Counted from the first letter of the stretch, positions 37,599 through 46,836 are shown. The stretch is 47,801 nt of DNA from Anaerolineaceae bacterium (GCA_035403345.1 DAONEZ010000001.1:1-47801), one strand, 5' to 3'. Made by a program: numbers and translations. The notes: generated from the sequence alone by a model not told the origin.

Positions 37599-38987
37599 TC
37601 AGGCTTTCCGCCTGAACAGGTACAACGTGCGGTCGCTGCCTGGAATGGCTTCCTTGGCCATCAGATCAAAACAGCCGGCGAAAGCCTTTTCAAAGCCCGC
37701 CTCGTTGTATTGGTCGAAGATATCCTTGCGCGTGGCCAACAGGCGCTTGACCTGCGAGTCACTCTTGGGGACGAATTCAACGATCGCCCATTTACCGGCG
37801 GCAGCGAAGAATTGCGCCACCGAATCCAGCGGCACATTGTTGGAAATGGCCAAGTGGTGAATGAGCGCCAGTGCCATCACCAGGTCAACCGGACCGCGGT
37901 CCAGGAATGAATCCCGCTCGGCATGAGCCCAACCGAGCGCGGAACTGGGATTGGTGAGGTCGATGACCAGAGGCAGCAGGTGCTGCTCTGAGCCGGCTTT
38001 GAGCGCCAGGTAATCCTGCTCCACGGCAGCCGGGTCGATATCGCTGGCAATGGTCTCGATACCGCGGCGCGAGGCTTCGCGGCTGAACAAGCCATTGTTC
38101 GCGCCCAGGTCCCAGGCGGTATTTGGTGCAGCCTGCTCAATAAGGCTGCCCACGATGGCCCCCTTGGCTTTGAGGGCGTCATCGGAATAGTTGGTGGCCT
38201 GGTAATAAGCCCCCCACTCGGTGCCTTTCGGCTCCCATTTGAGTGGTTGGATGGTCTTTTCCAGCGAGTTGAACAGGTTGAGCAATGCGCCCTTGCTCAT
38301 CTGCACAGCGCTTGCCTGAGCGGACGGTTTGTCGGCGTACTGCTTTTGCGCCCTGGCGTGCAGGTGAATATGCAGCGCCAGCCCGGAGAGGCCAATGGCT
38401 GTCTTGCCAGGCAGCAGCTGCGCTGCCAGGTCGAGCGGAATGCCGTCGATGTACACCCGCAGCAATTGCGTCAGGCGGATATCCACCAGTGATGCCAAAG
38501 CCAGCGGTGCCAGGAAGTGCTGGCAGAACTGGCGGTAGCCGTCCCAGGCAGCGCCTTCCTTATAATTATCAAATGAAAGCGTATCGATCAGGATGGGCTT
38601 GCCGTTGATGAACTGGACGTTGTAAGCGCTGGCGTCCTTGAGCAGCATCCCCTTTTCCAAACCCAGGCGCGCCGCCGACAGGGTGAGCAGGGCTGCGTCT
38701 TTGATCTGTGAAAAGCTCCACTCATAGGGGTAGGAGATGAACGGCACCACCTGCGGTTGGAGCACCTTGTAGGCTAACTCCGGAAGCGCAGGCGCGGTGG
38801 TGCTCTCACTGTGTGCGATGAGCATTCCGGACTTGACCAACGCGTCGTAAAGTCCACCGGTCATGAATTTGTCATAAGCTGCGCGGTAAACCTGGTTTAC
38901 CTGGCGGTATAAGGTTCCCTCGCGGCGGAAGATGAACCCGCTCGGGTCGCGGAACGAAGCTGAACTGCGTTCAAAGTCCGGGTTCAT
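37599..38987 (-). CDS. class I SAM-dependent methyltransferase with large N-terminal domain (NoeA-like)
   Basis: 462 aa. N-terminal FRDPSGFIF. SAM motif I AWDLGANNGLFS and motif post-I IASDID. Confidence 0.8.
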   Translation of the reverse strand: MNPDFERSSASFRDPSGFIFRREGTLYRQVNQVYRAAYDKFMTGGLYDALVKSGMLIAHSESTTAPALPELAYKVLQPQVVPFISYPYEWSFSQIKDAALLTLSAARLGLEKGMLLKDASAYNVQFINGKPILIDTLSFDNYKEGAAWDGYRQFCQHFLAPLALASLVDIRLTQLLRVYIDGIPLDLAAQLLPGKTAIGLSGLALHIHLHARAQKQYADKPSAQASAVQMSKGALLNLFNSLEKTIQPLKWEPKGTEWGAYYQATNYSDDALKAKGAIVGSLIEQAAPNTAWDLGANNGLFSREASRRGIETIASDIDPAAVEQDYLALKAGSEQHLLPLVIDLTNPSSALGWAHAERDSFLDRGPVDLVMALALIHHLAISNNVPLDSVAQFFAAAGKWAIVEFVPKSDSQVKRLLATRKDIFDQYNEAGFEKAFAGCFDLMAKEAIPGSDRTLYLFRRKA

Positions 38988-39187
38988 TCCTCGGGCTTTT
39001 CCTTTTCCTCTTCAGTAGGCTGCGGCGGTACATATTTTTCGCCCTTGAGGAAGGCGCGGATGCGCCCCCAGAAGACCTTCGCCAGAATACCGAGGCCGCC
39101 CAACAAACCGGCAGCCAGTAATTGCACCAACAAGCTGCCCGAACCGGGATCAAGATAATTCAGTTTAAAAAGGATAAAGCCCATCAT
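38984..39187 (-). CDS. small membrane protein translationally coupled to the methyltransferase
   Basis: 67 aa. One hydrophobic helix (GSGSLLVQLLAAGLLGGLGILA) plus an acidic tail. 4-nt overlap with the downstream start. Confidence 0.55.
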   Translation of the reverse strand: MMGFILFKLNYLDPGSGSLLVQLLAAGLLGGLGILAKVFWGRIRAFLKGEKYVPPQPTEEEKEKPEE

Positions 39188-39324
39188 TATTCTCCAGGGT
39201 GGATTTAGGCGATAATTATAACCCTTTCCCGGTATAAACTTGCGGGTTCACTCATCCAGGGAGTTGAAACCAGCCTGATTTCTGCATATACTATAGGTGA
39301 AAACACGCTGCCGAGGAGGTTGGT

Positions 39325-39555
39325 ATGAACGTTATCCCCCTGCTGGATGAATCCCTGCAACTCGAGATCTTTTACGAGGGCTCGGATTGCGACCTGGATG
39401 ACAATATCTGCGTCCGCATCACCGAATCCTGCCTGGAGGAAGAGAAGATCTTCGTGCATGACGAGAGCAACCTGTACCTGACCGCAGACCAGGCCAACGC
39501 CATCATCGCCGCCCTGCAAAAAGCCGTGCAAAAGAGCACCGCCCAAAAGAAGTGA
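39325..39555 (+). CDS. small acidic hypothetical protein
   Basis: 76 aa. Strong RBS GAGGAGGTTGGT before the ATG. The antisense 113-aa ORF lacks an RBS. Confidence 0.55.
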   Translation: MNVIPLLDESLQLEIFYEGSDCDLDDNICVRITESCLEEEKIFVHDESNLYLTADQANAIIAALQKAVQKSTAQKK

Positions 39556-39571
39556 TCAGAGAACCTGCGAG

Positions 39572-40192
39572 GTGAGCATGGAAAAGATCGATCTGCGCAA
39601 GCGTTATAAATCCCTGTATTCCCCTTCCACCAAAGGCTTCTCCCTAATCGAGATCCCTCCCCTGAATTACCTGATGATCGACGGACATGGTGACCCCAAT
39701 ACCTCGCAGCGCTTCCAGGACGCGCTGCAAACGCTCTACTCCATCTCCTACACGCTCAAGTTTGCGCTCAAGAAATCACAGGGCGTAGATTTTACCGTGA
39801 TGGGATTGGAAGGACTATGGTGGATGCCGGACATGCGCGAATTCACCGTGGAGCGCAAGGCGGACTGGGATTGGACGCTGCTCATGCTGCAGCCGGATTT
39901 CATTACCCCGCAGATGATAGAGGAGATCGCCCGCAGCCTGACCGCCAAAGGCAAAGCCCCCCTGGCGGCCGAGACGCGCCTGGAGACCCTTGAAGAAGGA
40001 CTATGCGTGCAGATCCTCTATATTGGTGCTTACAAGGACGAAGGTACTGTTATCGCGGGCATGCACGCCTTCATTGCCGACCAGGGATATATGCGTACCG
40101 GCAAGCACCATGAGATCTACCTGAGCGACATGCGCCGCGTGGCACCGGAGAAGAACCGCACCATCCTGCGCCAGCCGATAAAAAAAGCCTGA
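39572..40192 (+). CDS. GyrI-like small-molecule-binding domain protein
   Basis: About 205 aa (GTG 39572 or ATG 39578). Pattern YLMIDGHGDPN...GLEGLWW...ILYIGAYKDEG...HHEIYLSD is typical of stand-alone GyrI-like proteins. Confidence 0.75.
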   Translation: MSMEKIDLRKRYKSLYSPSTKGFSLIEIPPLNYLMIDGHGDPNTSQRFQDALQTLYSISYTLKFALKKSQGVDFTVMGLEGLWWMPDMREFTVERKADWDWTLLMLQPDFITPQMIEEIARSLTAKGKAPLAAETRLETLEEGLCVQILYIGAYKDEGTVIAGMHAFIADQGYMRTGKHHEIYLSDMRRVAPEKNRTILRQPIKKA

Positions 40193-40196
40193 CCTG

Positions 40197-40610
40197 TCAG
40201 GTCAGAGCTTTGGCTTCTTCACTCAATTCTTTCTCTTTATCCGATTCAGGCACCAGCACGATACCGTGCGGCAGCGGTTTTCCATCCAGGTCAACATGGA
40301 TGAAAGTGATAAATCCGCGCACAGCCAGTTTGCCGCCCGCCCGTACCTCTATGTTGCTCACGATCTTGGTCTCGCCGGTGAGCACCGCGCGGCTGGTGAA
40401 AGTCACTAATTCGCCTTTTTTAATCGGGCGGGTGAAGGTCATGCCGTGGATCTTCAGGCAGACTATATTCTCAGGCTTGGTCATTGAAGCGGCTGAAATG
40501 AATCCGGACTCAACGAACCATTCCGCTGTGCGACCTGCGTAGAGGGTACCGTGATGGTTCAGGTCTTCCCCTTTTACAAGATGAACACTGGTAAAGATAG
40601 GAATCGCCAT
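40197..40610 (-). CDS. hotdog-fold acyl-CoA thioesterase
   Basis: 137 aa. DLNHHGTLYAGRTAEWFVESG is typical of the YciA/4HBT-type family. Confidence 0.8.
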   Translation of the reverse strand: MAIPIFTSVHLVKGEDLNHHGTLYAGRTAEWFVESGFISAASMTKPENIVCLKIHGMTFTRPIKKGELVTFTSRAVLTGETKIVSNIEVRAGGKLAVRGFITFIHVDLDGKPLPHGIVLVPESDKEKELSEEAKALT

Positions 40611-40677
40611 TTTTTCTCCTTAATTAACTTACCTATTGTACTGCTGAACTGCCGCCTAACATGATCAACGGAAAATG

Positions 40678-40706
40678 ATTGAAATTGGGCAACGAATATT
40701 GTATGA
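40678..40706 (+). promoter_or_regulatory. sigma70-like promoter TTGAAA-N17-TATGAT for array gene A
   Basis: Read directly. Followed 6 nt later by GGACTCCAGTT. Confidence 0.6.
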
Positions 40707-40807
40707 TGGAAATGGACTCCAGTTTTCTCCATCGTTGATACATATTATTTTCATCCCTGGATCATTGCCCTGGAGGGGGAATGAGAATTCCTGTGTGGGA
40801 GGGAGAA

Positions 40808-41761
40808 ATGAGAACAAAGTTTTCACGCGTGTTGATCTTGCTGGTGTTGGTGACGTTCCTGACCGCTGCTTTTCTGCCGCAGTCACTAGTGCAGGCACAG
40901 GGAGTGCCGCTTGGAGGGATCGTTCCCGTGCTGCTCAGCCCGCACGATACCATCCTGGCGAAGAACCCCACTTACAAGTGGACACCGGTGTTCGGCGCGG
41001 AGGTGTACCAGTACCAGGTGTGGAAAGGCAGCACAAAAGTGCTGGATAAGTCACCCGATGCTGATATTTGCTCAGACAGCCTGTGTGAACGGACACCGGC
41101 ATTTACCCTGGGGTATTACGCCTACAAGTGGCGCGTGCGGGCCCGGATCGATGGCTCGTGGAAAGCGTGGTCGGCTTACATGAACTTCACCGTTTCGCCG
41201 CCAAGTTTCTCGTCCACTTTCAATAACGAGATGAACGGCTGGGCCAAGATGTCCGGCAAGGATTATTACAAGTCGTCCACATATATTTACACCCTGGGTA
41301 TGGCGAACTGGTGGTCAACCCTGCGCCGCACCAGCGGTCAGTACACCGATTTTAAGTATTCCGCCAATATGAAACGACCTTCAGGGTATTCCCCCAACTA
41401 CCTGGTCATCCGCATGGGATCGAATACCCTGCCCACCAATGGACGCTGGTATCCGGGGTACTATTTCGGCTATGACAACTGGGGAAACTGCTTCATTTTT
41501 GAAATGAGCACAACAGGTTCCTCTACCACCCTCTTCTACAAACCAGCCTGCCCGGTGAACAAGATGGGCTGGAATGTTATAACTGTAGAGGCGATCGGTT
41601 ACAAATTCTGGTTTTATGTAAACGGCAGCCTGATGAAATTCTTTACAGACCTCACGTTCCCCCGGGGGTACGTCGGGATCGCCAGTTATCGCAATTCAAC
41701 AGCATCCCAGACCTTCTACGTAGATTGGGCCAAGTTGGTAGTAAAGGAAACCGCGCAATAG
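40808..41761 (+). CDS. array paralog A: secreted protein, N-terminal C-x4-C module plus C-terminal ConA-like (DUF1080/LamG-like) domain
   Basis: ATG 40808 after GGGAGGGAGAA (alternative ATG 40781). Signal peptide. NPTYKWTPVFGAEVYQYQVW...CSDSLC...YKWRVRA. C-terminal domain has GW..., YTDFKYS, WYPGYYFGY, GWNVITVEAIGYKFWFYVNG, YVDWAKL. Confidence 0.85.
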   Translation: MRTKFSRVLILLVLVTFLTAAFLPQSLVQAQGVPLGGIVPVLLSPHDTILAKNPTYKWTPVFGAEVYQYQVWKGSTKVLDKSPDADICSDSLCERTPAFTLGYYAYKWRVRARIDGSWKAWSAYMNFTVSPPSFSSTFNNEMNGWAKMSGKDYYKSSTYIYTLGMANWWSTLRRTSGQYTDFKYSANMKRPSGYSPNYLVIRMGSNTLPTNGRWYPGYYFGYDNWGNCFIFEMSTTGSSTTLFYKPACPVNKMGWNVITVEAIGYKFWFYVNGSLMKFFTDLTFPRGYVGIASYRNSTASQTFYVDWAKLVVKETAQ

Positions 41762-41782
41762 GTCCTGCAACCTATCGTACAA

Positions 41783-41813
41783 AGGCAGGTTCTCAAGGAA
41801 CCTGCCTATTTAA
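41783..41813 (+). terminator. rho-independent terminator
   Basis: AGGCAGGTTC-tcaa-GGAACCTGCCT followed by ATTTAAT. Confidence 0.65.
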
Positions 41814-41868
41814 TCCACCATACGACAATTAATCCTAAATATTGGTGTGGACAGATCGATCCTCTTGC

Positions 41869-41897
41869 TTGACTTTGCTGGAAAAATCCCGTATTAT
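41869..41897 (+). promoter_or_regulatory. sigma70-like promoter TTGACT-N17-TATTAT for array gene B
   Basis: Read directly. Confidence 0.6.
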
Positions 41898-41949
41898 TAT
41901 GATAATAAATATCTTAATACTCTTTATTATCGTGAGAATTGGAGGAGAT

Positions 41950-42915
41950 GTGAAAAAGCTGCACCTGTTCGGTTCTTTGTTGATGCTGGTTGTGCTGATA
42001 GCTGCTCTCCTGCCGGTTGGCAGTGTTTCTGCCTCACAAGCGGGCAGGACCATCAGCTACATCCCTGTGACAACCACCCCGCTGGGTACCATCACTGACA
42101 CCACCCCTCTTTACCGGTGGACCCGAGTTTATACAGCCACCAAGTATCAATTCCAGGTATTTAAAGGCACTACGAAACTGCTGGATAAAACGGTTAAAAG
42201 CAGCGTGTGCGGAGCGGTGTACTGTTTTCAAACCCCTAGCCTGACCCTTGGCTACAACGTTTACAAATGGCGCGTGCGTGCCTTCGTAGGAGGTGCGTGG
42301 GGGGCCTACTCTGCATTCAGGACATTTACCATCTCCGCGCCCTCATTTGATACCCAGTTCAACTACGGCAGCACGGGGGGATGGGCGCGAAAATCCGGCG
42401 GAACTTGGGACTTGAGTGGTTTTTCCTATCATACCGAAGGGCTCCCCGACAAGTGGACCAATGCTTACTATACAGGCGGGCAATATACCGATTTTGACTA
42501 TTCTGCCCAGGTCTGGCGCTACGGCAATGATCCTGTTTACCTGGCAGTCCGAATGGGATCTACCGTGGGTCTATCAATGGATAAATGGTACCCGGGTTAC
42601 TATTTTGGATATAACAACCAGGGATATTACGCAATCTGGCGAGTGGCAAGTTACGGCGGGGAGCAGGAAATTGTCAGTGGATTGATCACCCCGGCTGTTA
42701 ACCAGAATGGGTGGAATACCCTGAGAGTAAAAGCTGTCGGCAACCAGTTCTGGTATTACATCAACAACATGCTGGTTTACAACTTTACTGATACCAGTTC
42801 AGAGAAACGCTTACGCGGCTTTGTAGGTGTTGCCACCTACCGCAATCCAGCATCTTTAACTTACGGTTTTTACATGGATTACGCCAAACTGGATGTGATC
42901 AAGACCCCCCAGTAG
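41950..42915 (+). CDS. array paralog B
   Basis: GTG 41950 after GGAGGAGAT. Signal peptide KKLHLFGSLLMLVVLIAALLPVGSVSA. TPLYRWTRVYTATKYQFQVF...CGAVYC...YKWRVRA. C-terminal WYPGYYFGY, GWNTLRVKAVGNQFWYYINN, YMDYAKL. Confidence 0.8.
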   Translation: MKKLHLFGSLLMLVVLIAALLPVGSVSASQAGRTISYIPVTTTPLGTITDTTPLYRWTRVYTATKYQFQVFKGTTKLLDKTVKSSVCGAVYCFQTPSLTLGYNVYKWRVRAFVGGAWGAYSAFRTFTISAPSFDTQFNYGSTGGWARKSGGTWDLSGFSYHTEGLPDKWTNAYYTGGQYTDFDYSAQVWRYGNDPVYLAVRMGSTVGLSMDKWYPGYYFGYNNQGYYAIWRVASYGGEQEIVSGLITPAVNQNGWNTLRVKAVGNQFWYYINNMLVYNFTDTSSEKRLRGFVGVATYRNPASLTYGFYMDYAKLDVIKTPQ

Positions 42916-43259
42916 ACTCCAGTTTTAGTGCTTCGTCAATACAAAGGAGGCGGACTTGTTTCCCGCCTCCTATTCAAATATTGACCTCGATGGCAACTAT
43001 CCATTCACCCATAAGCGGTTAACTGGATTGAAAGTTCACATCTGATATTGATAAATTAACACACCCTTCATCGCTCTCCTTCAATACTTCTACGGGTACC
43101 TGGCATAAGTAACACATGGGCTGCCGGGCAAGCCAAGGTTTCCAATTGCATCCTCTCTATTGGTTTTTAAAAGCCGTCTTTACGTCGAATGCGAAAAAGG
43201 GTGATTCTACCCTTATTGTAATTTCATGGAGTTCAAATCCAGTCTACTTGCCCGACAGA

Positions 43260-43288
43260 TTGTTTTTCGCCAGTTAAAGTCGTATTAT
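43260..43288 (+). promoter_or_regulatory. candidate promoter TTGTTT-N17-TATTAT for array gene C
   Basis: Weak -35. Followed 6 nt later by GGAGTCCAGTT, as in gene A. Confidence 0.4.
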
Positions 43289-43388
43289 TTAATTGGAGTC
43301 CAGTTACCCTCACCGTTGCCACATAAATTTTACGAACCAGGACCATCGACCCGAAATGAAAATATGGATACCTGTTTGGGAGAAAAAC

Positions 43389-44372
43389 ATGCACACTAAA
43401 CCGTCTCCTCTGATTTTGATGCTGGTCGTGGTGACGTTCCTGGCCGCATCGATCCTGCCTGAAGCCGGAGTGAGTGCCCAGGGAGAGACGGCTGGAGCGA
43501 ATGTCCCCGCCCCGCTACGACCTCTCAACACGATCGAATCGAAGACTCCAACCTATACCTGGACAAAAGTCGTTGGCGCGACGAATTACCAGTACCAGGT
43601 GTACAAGGATACGACCAGGTTGGCGGATGTAAGGCTTCCTGCAACCGTGTGCGGTACATCTGCCTGTTCGCATAAGCCAACCCTCGTATTGACCTTTGAG
43701 ACCCACAAATGGCGGGTGCGTGCCAGGGTCTCAGGTAGTTGGATGCCGTGGTCAGAATACGCGGTATTCTTCGTGTCGGCTCCATCATTCGATTCCAGTT
43801 TCAACGGCTCAATGGCAGGGTGGAAGTCCAGGAGCGCTGCCAAATGGATGCTCCAGCCCGCGAAAGTGATTGCGCATGGTGAACTGATGAAGTGGTCGTC
43901 GCTTTATCGTTCCAGCGGGTTATTCAAAGACTTCCGCTACACCGCCTGGGTGAATCGCTATCACCCGAACGGGAATAGCTGCCTGGCATTCCGCATGGGC
44001 TCATTGACTGGATCCGAATATGACGATTGGTATCCGGGGTATCTATTCTGCCTTGGGGAGGATTGGCAATTCATCATCCTCCGTTATGATGCTCCTGAGT
44101 CCTACACTACCTTGCATGATTACACCCCCTCTTCATCTATAATTCTGGATGCCTGGAATGAACTGGAAGTGGTCGCGCAGGGGGATCGCTTTGATTTCTA
44201 CATTAACTGTGACCACGTTGCCACTGTTATAGATGATACCTACGACCGGGGATATGTAGGGATAACCATGTTCAAGAACTCCGGTTCCTTCACAACTCTC
44301 ATGGTGGATTGGGCAAAACTATCAGTGCTTGGAAAGCTCAGGGATTATCGGAACGAAGCCGCGGGAAGGTGA
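43389..44372 (+). CDS. array paralog C
   Basis: ATG 43389 (alternative 43356). TPTYTWTKVVGATNYQYQVY...CGTSAC...HKWRVRA. C-terminal WYPGYLF, AWNELEVVAQGDRFDFYIN, MVDWAKL. Confidence 0.8.
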   Translation: MHTKPSPLILMLVVVTFLAASILPEAGVSAQGETAGANVPAPLRPLNTIESKTPTYTWTKVVGATNYQYQVYKDTTRLADVRLPATVCGTSACSHKPTLVLTFETHKWRVRARVSGSWMPWSEYAVFFVSAPSFDSSFNGSMAGWKSRSAAKWMLQPAKVIAHGELMKWSSLYRSSGLFKDFRYTAWVNRYHPNGNSCLAFRMGSLTGSEYDDWYPGYLFCLGEDWQFIILRYDAPESYTTLHDYTPSSSIILDAWNELEVVAQGDRFDFYINCDHVATVIDDTYDRGYVGITMFKNSGSFTTLMVDWAKLSVLGKLRDYRNEAAGR

Positions 44373-44427
44373 AACGGTTATAATACCTCTGCCTGGCATC
44401 TGATCTTTTCGACCGGAGGTAAACTTT

Positions 44428-45429
44428 ATGATTCTTAAAACGGGCGCGAAATCCGTCCTGTTTGGATTTCTGATGTTCACTCTGTTGATGGCCACATTGG
44501 TCACACAAACCACCCCAGCTTTCGCCCTTTCGACCTCTCCGGCTGCCGTATCTGCCCCGCAGCCGCTTGAGCCCAACAAGGTCATCACCGACACCACCCC
44601 CACCTACCGTTGGACGCAGGTGAGCGGCGCTTCTTCATACGTGCTGCAGGTATTGAAGGAATACAGCAACACGGTGGTCTATAGCTATACGGTCAGCAGT
44701 TTGGGGGCGTGTTATTCGGGCACGTGCTCCTACACCCCCGCGCAGAAGCTGCAGAGTTACGGTTATCGCTGGCGCGTGCGCGTCTCAGGCTCAACAATTG
44801 CCTGGTCGCCCCTGACCATGTTCTACATTCGCGCTACTGATTACAAAGCGCACCACTTTACCTACGGACTCATGTACCACTGGCAGCGTAAGTCCGGCGG
44901 AACCTGGTGGGCGCAATATGATGGCGGCAAGCAGGGTTACCTGGTATCAGAAGGCTTACCGGACAAATGCTCGGCTGCTGTGCACTACGTCAGCAGCACT
45001 TATGACAACTTCATTGCCGAGACGAAGATGATGATCACCGGCGCTCCCTCCGGCGGGAGATACCCCGAGGCTTACCTGGCGCTGCGTATGAAGAACAACG
45101 TGAACGCTGCCACGCAGTGCTGGTACGGCGGTTACCTGTTCGGTTATTCGCGCGACGGTAAATATAGTTTCTGGAAGATGCAACCCAACGGCACCTGGAC
45201 TGCGCTCATCCCGCCCACATTTACCAGCCTGATCAAAACCTCTGATTGGAACAACTTCAAGGTGTCAGCCAATAAGAGCAATTTCTACCTGTTCATAAAC
45301 GGGAAACCAGTCGGGAGCGTCACTGACAGCAGCTATTCCATCGGTTATCTTGGCTTTGAGATGGTCAACCACGGCGCAGTGCAAACAAAGTTCTACGCGG
45401 ACTGGCTCACCATCGAGCCGCTTCCATAA
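44428..45429 (+). CDS. array paralog D
   Basis: GGAGGTAAACTTT RBS. TPTYRWTQVSGASSYVLQVL...CYSGTC...YRWRVRV. C-terminal WYGGYLFGY, DWNNFKVSANKSNFYLFINGK, YADWLTI. Confidence 0.85.
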   Translation: MILKTGAKSVLFGFLMFTLLMATLVTQTTPAFALSTSPAAVSAPQPLEPNKVITDTTPTYRWTQVSGASSYVLQVLKEYSNTVVYSYTVSSLGACYSGTCSYTPAQKLQSYGYRWRVRVSGSTIAWSPLTMFYIRATDYKAHHFTYGLMYHWQRKSGGTWWAQYDGGKQGYLVSEGLPDKCSAAVHYVSSTYDNFIAETKMMITGAPSGGRYPEAYLALRMKNNVNAATQCWYGGYLFGYSRDGKYSFWKMQPNGTWTALIPPTFTSLIKTSDWNNFKVSANKSNFYLFINGKPVGSVTDSSYSIGYLGFEMVNHGAVQTKFYADWLTIEPLP

Positions 45430-45450
45430 GTACCGGGGAAGGAACCTTCA

Positions 45451-45486
45451 AAATGGCAGGCGAAGCAAAGCCTGCCATTTTATTTC
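45451..45486 (+). terminator. rho-independent terminator
   Basis: AAATGGCAGGC-gaagcaaa-GCCTGCCATTT followed by TATTT. Confidence 0.75.
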
Positions 45487-45493
45487 CAACTAT

Positions 45494-45522
45494 TTGACTT
45501 TGATGGCTACATATTGTAAGAT
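45494..45522 (+). promoter_or_regulatory. sigma70-like promoter TTGACT-N17-TAAGAT for array gene E
   Basis: Read directly. Confidence 0.6.
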
Positions 45523-45550
45523 TTTTACAAATAGCTCATTTGGAGGGAAG

Positions 45551-46519
45551 ATGGATAAGAGAACCCGTTCGATCGTTGTACTCATCACTGCATGGATCGC
45601 TCTCACGCTACTTGCCGGTGTGTTTCTGCCTGCCGCCAGCGTCAGCGCCAGGCAGATCACCATCCCTACCCCGCTTTCCCCCACCAGCATCATCACGGAT
45701 AAGACTCCCACCTTCACCTGGAGCGCGGTGACCGGGGCGAAAACCTACCAGCTCGAGGTCTGGCGCAACTCCGAGCGAATATACATCGAGGACGTTGCCT
45801 CGACCAATTGCAGTGCTGGCACCTGTGCCTACACGCCAGCGAAAAGTCTCATGATCGTAGGGTACAAATGGCGCGTTAATGTAAAAGGGAACCCCTTTTC
45901 TGCATTCAAGTCCTTCATCATCTCACGTCCGCCCTGGAACATCCGCGACGGTTTCCCGGGAGATATGATGCTGTGGGAGACCAAAGCCGGCGGAAAATGG
46001 AGCGTGAGCGACAAGGCTATCTACTCCAAGGGGCTGCCGCAAAAGTATTCCTCGATCTATTACACCTGGAGCCGGGCTTACGCCGATTATGAGATCAGCT
46101 CCAAACTTAAAGTGGAAGGCAGCCCGGTGGGTGGGGTTTACCCCGAGGCTTACATCGCGGTGCGCATGGACAGCCACGTTAAGGCCACTGATCTGGCCTG
46201 GTACAGCGGCTACCTGTTCGGCTACTACTCAAATGGCAAATATGCCGTGTGGAAGATGAACAAGGACGAATCACGCACCGCGCTGGCCGGTCCTACCTAT
46301 TCACCTTATATCCACAAGAATGGCAGTTACAGCAACTGGAACTGGCTGCGCGTGGTGGTGGATGGGAACAAATTAGATTACTACATGAATGACCAACTAT
46401 TGGTTTCGCTCAAGGATAGTTCCTACAGCATCGGTTTCCTGGGCTTTGAGATGAAAAACCCCGGCAGCACACCCACAACCATGTATGTGGATTGGGTCTC
46501 GGTCTACCTCATTGAGTAA
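45551..46519 (+). CDS. array paralog E
   Basis: ATG 45551 after GGAGGGAAG. The track ORF start 45350 lies inside gene D. TPTFTWSAVTGAKTYQLEVW...CSAGTC...YKWRVNV. C-terminal WYSGYLFGY, NWNWLRVVVDGNKLDYYMND, YVDWVSV. Confidence 0.85.
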   Translation: MDKRTRSIVVLITAWIALTLLAGVFLPAASVSARQITIPTPLSPTSIITDKTPTFTWSAVTGAKTYQLEVWRNSERIYIEDVASTNCSAGTCAYTPAKSLMIVGYKWRVNVKGNPFSAFKSFIISRPPWNIRDGFPGDMMLWETKAGGKWSVSDKAIYSKGLPQKYSSIYYTWSRAYADYEISSKLKVEGSPVGGVYPEAYIAVRMDSHVKATDLAWYSGYLFGYYSNGKYAVWKMNKDESRTALAGPTYSPYIHKNGSYSNWNWLRVVVDGNKLDYYMNDQLLVSLKDSSYSIGFLGFEMKNPGSTPTTMYVDWVSVYLIE

Positions 46520-46535
46520 ACCGGAATCAATCCAC

Positions 46536-46616
46536 AGATAACACAGATATCACAGAAGAAGACCAGAACACGAAAACCACGGAAAAAAAATCGAAAGACA
46601 TAAAATTGTTTATTTA
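46536..46616 (-). repeat. inverse-orientation copy of the ~80-bp dispersed element at 36316..36398
   Basis: See the 36316..36398 entry. About three quarters of positions match by eye. Confidence 0.8.
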
Positions 46617-46663
46617 TTAATGGCAATTCCGGAACCCGTAGAAAACTATAGCCTGATAACCGG

Positions 46664-46694
46664 GAACCGTGAAGAACACTTCACGGTTCTTTTA
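46664..46694 (+). terminator. hairpin plus T-run, candidate terminator
   Basis: GAACCGTGAAG-aaca-CTTCACGGTTC followed by TTTTAT. Confidence 0.6.
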
Positions 46695-46780
46695 TCCTGG
46701 TTTTCTTTTTTCATAATTACTATTCACTGTTCACAATTTTCGAAGTCAGTTCTCGGTTCTCTCTTCTCGTTTTGTCCCAG

Positions 46781-46836
46781 ATTACTAATTACTGATTACT
46801 ATCCACTAATCACCAACCACTATGCACCAATCACTG
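46781..46836 (+). repeat. eight tandem degenerate heptads (consensus A-T-C/T-A-C-T/C-A)
   Basis: ATTACTA ATTACTG ATTACTA TCCACTA ATCACCA ACCACTA TGCACCA ATCACTG. Ends 11 nt before the -35 of gene F. Confidence 0.85.

Noticed and set aside
39205-39546. 113-aa minus-strand ORF
   Set aside because: It is antisense to the 76-aa plus-strand ORF, which has a strong GAGGAGG RBS. Its own translation has no start context or recognisable features.
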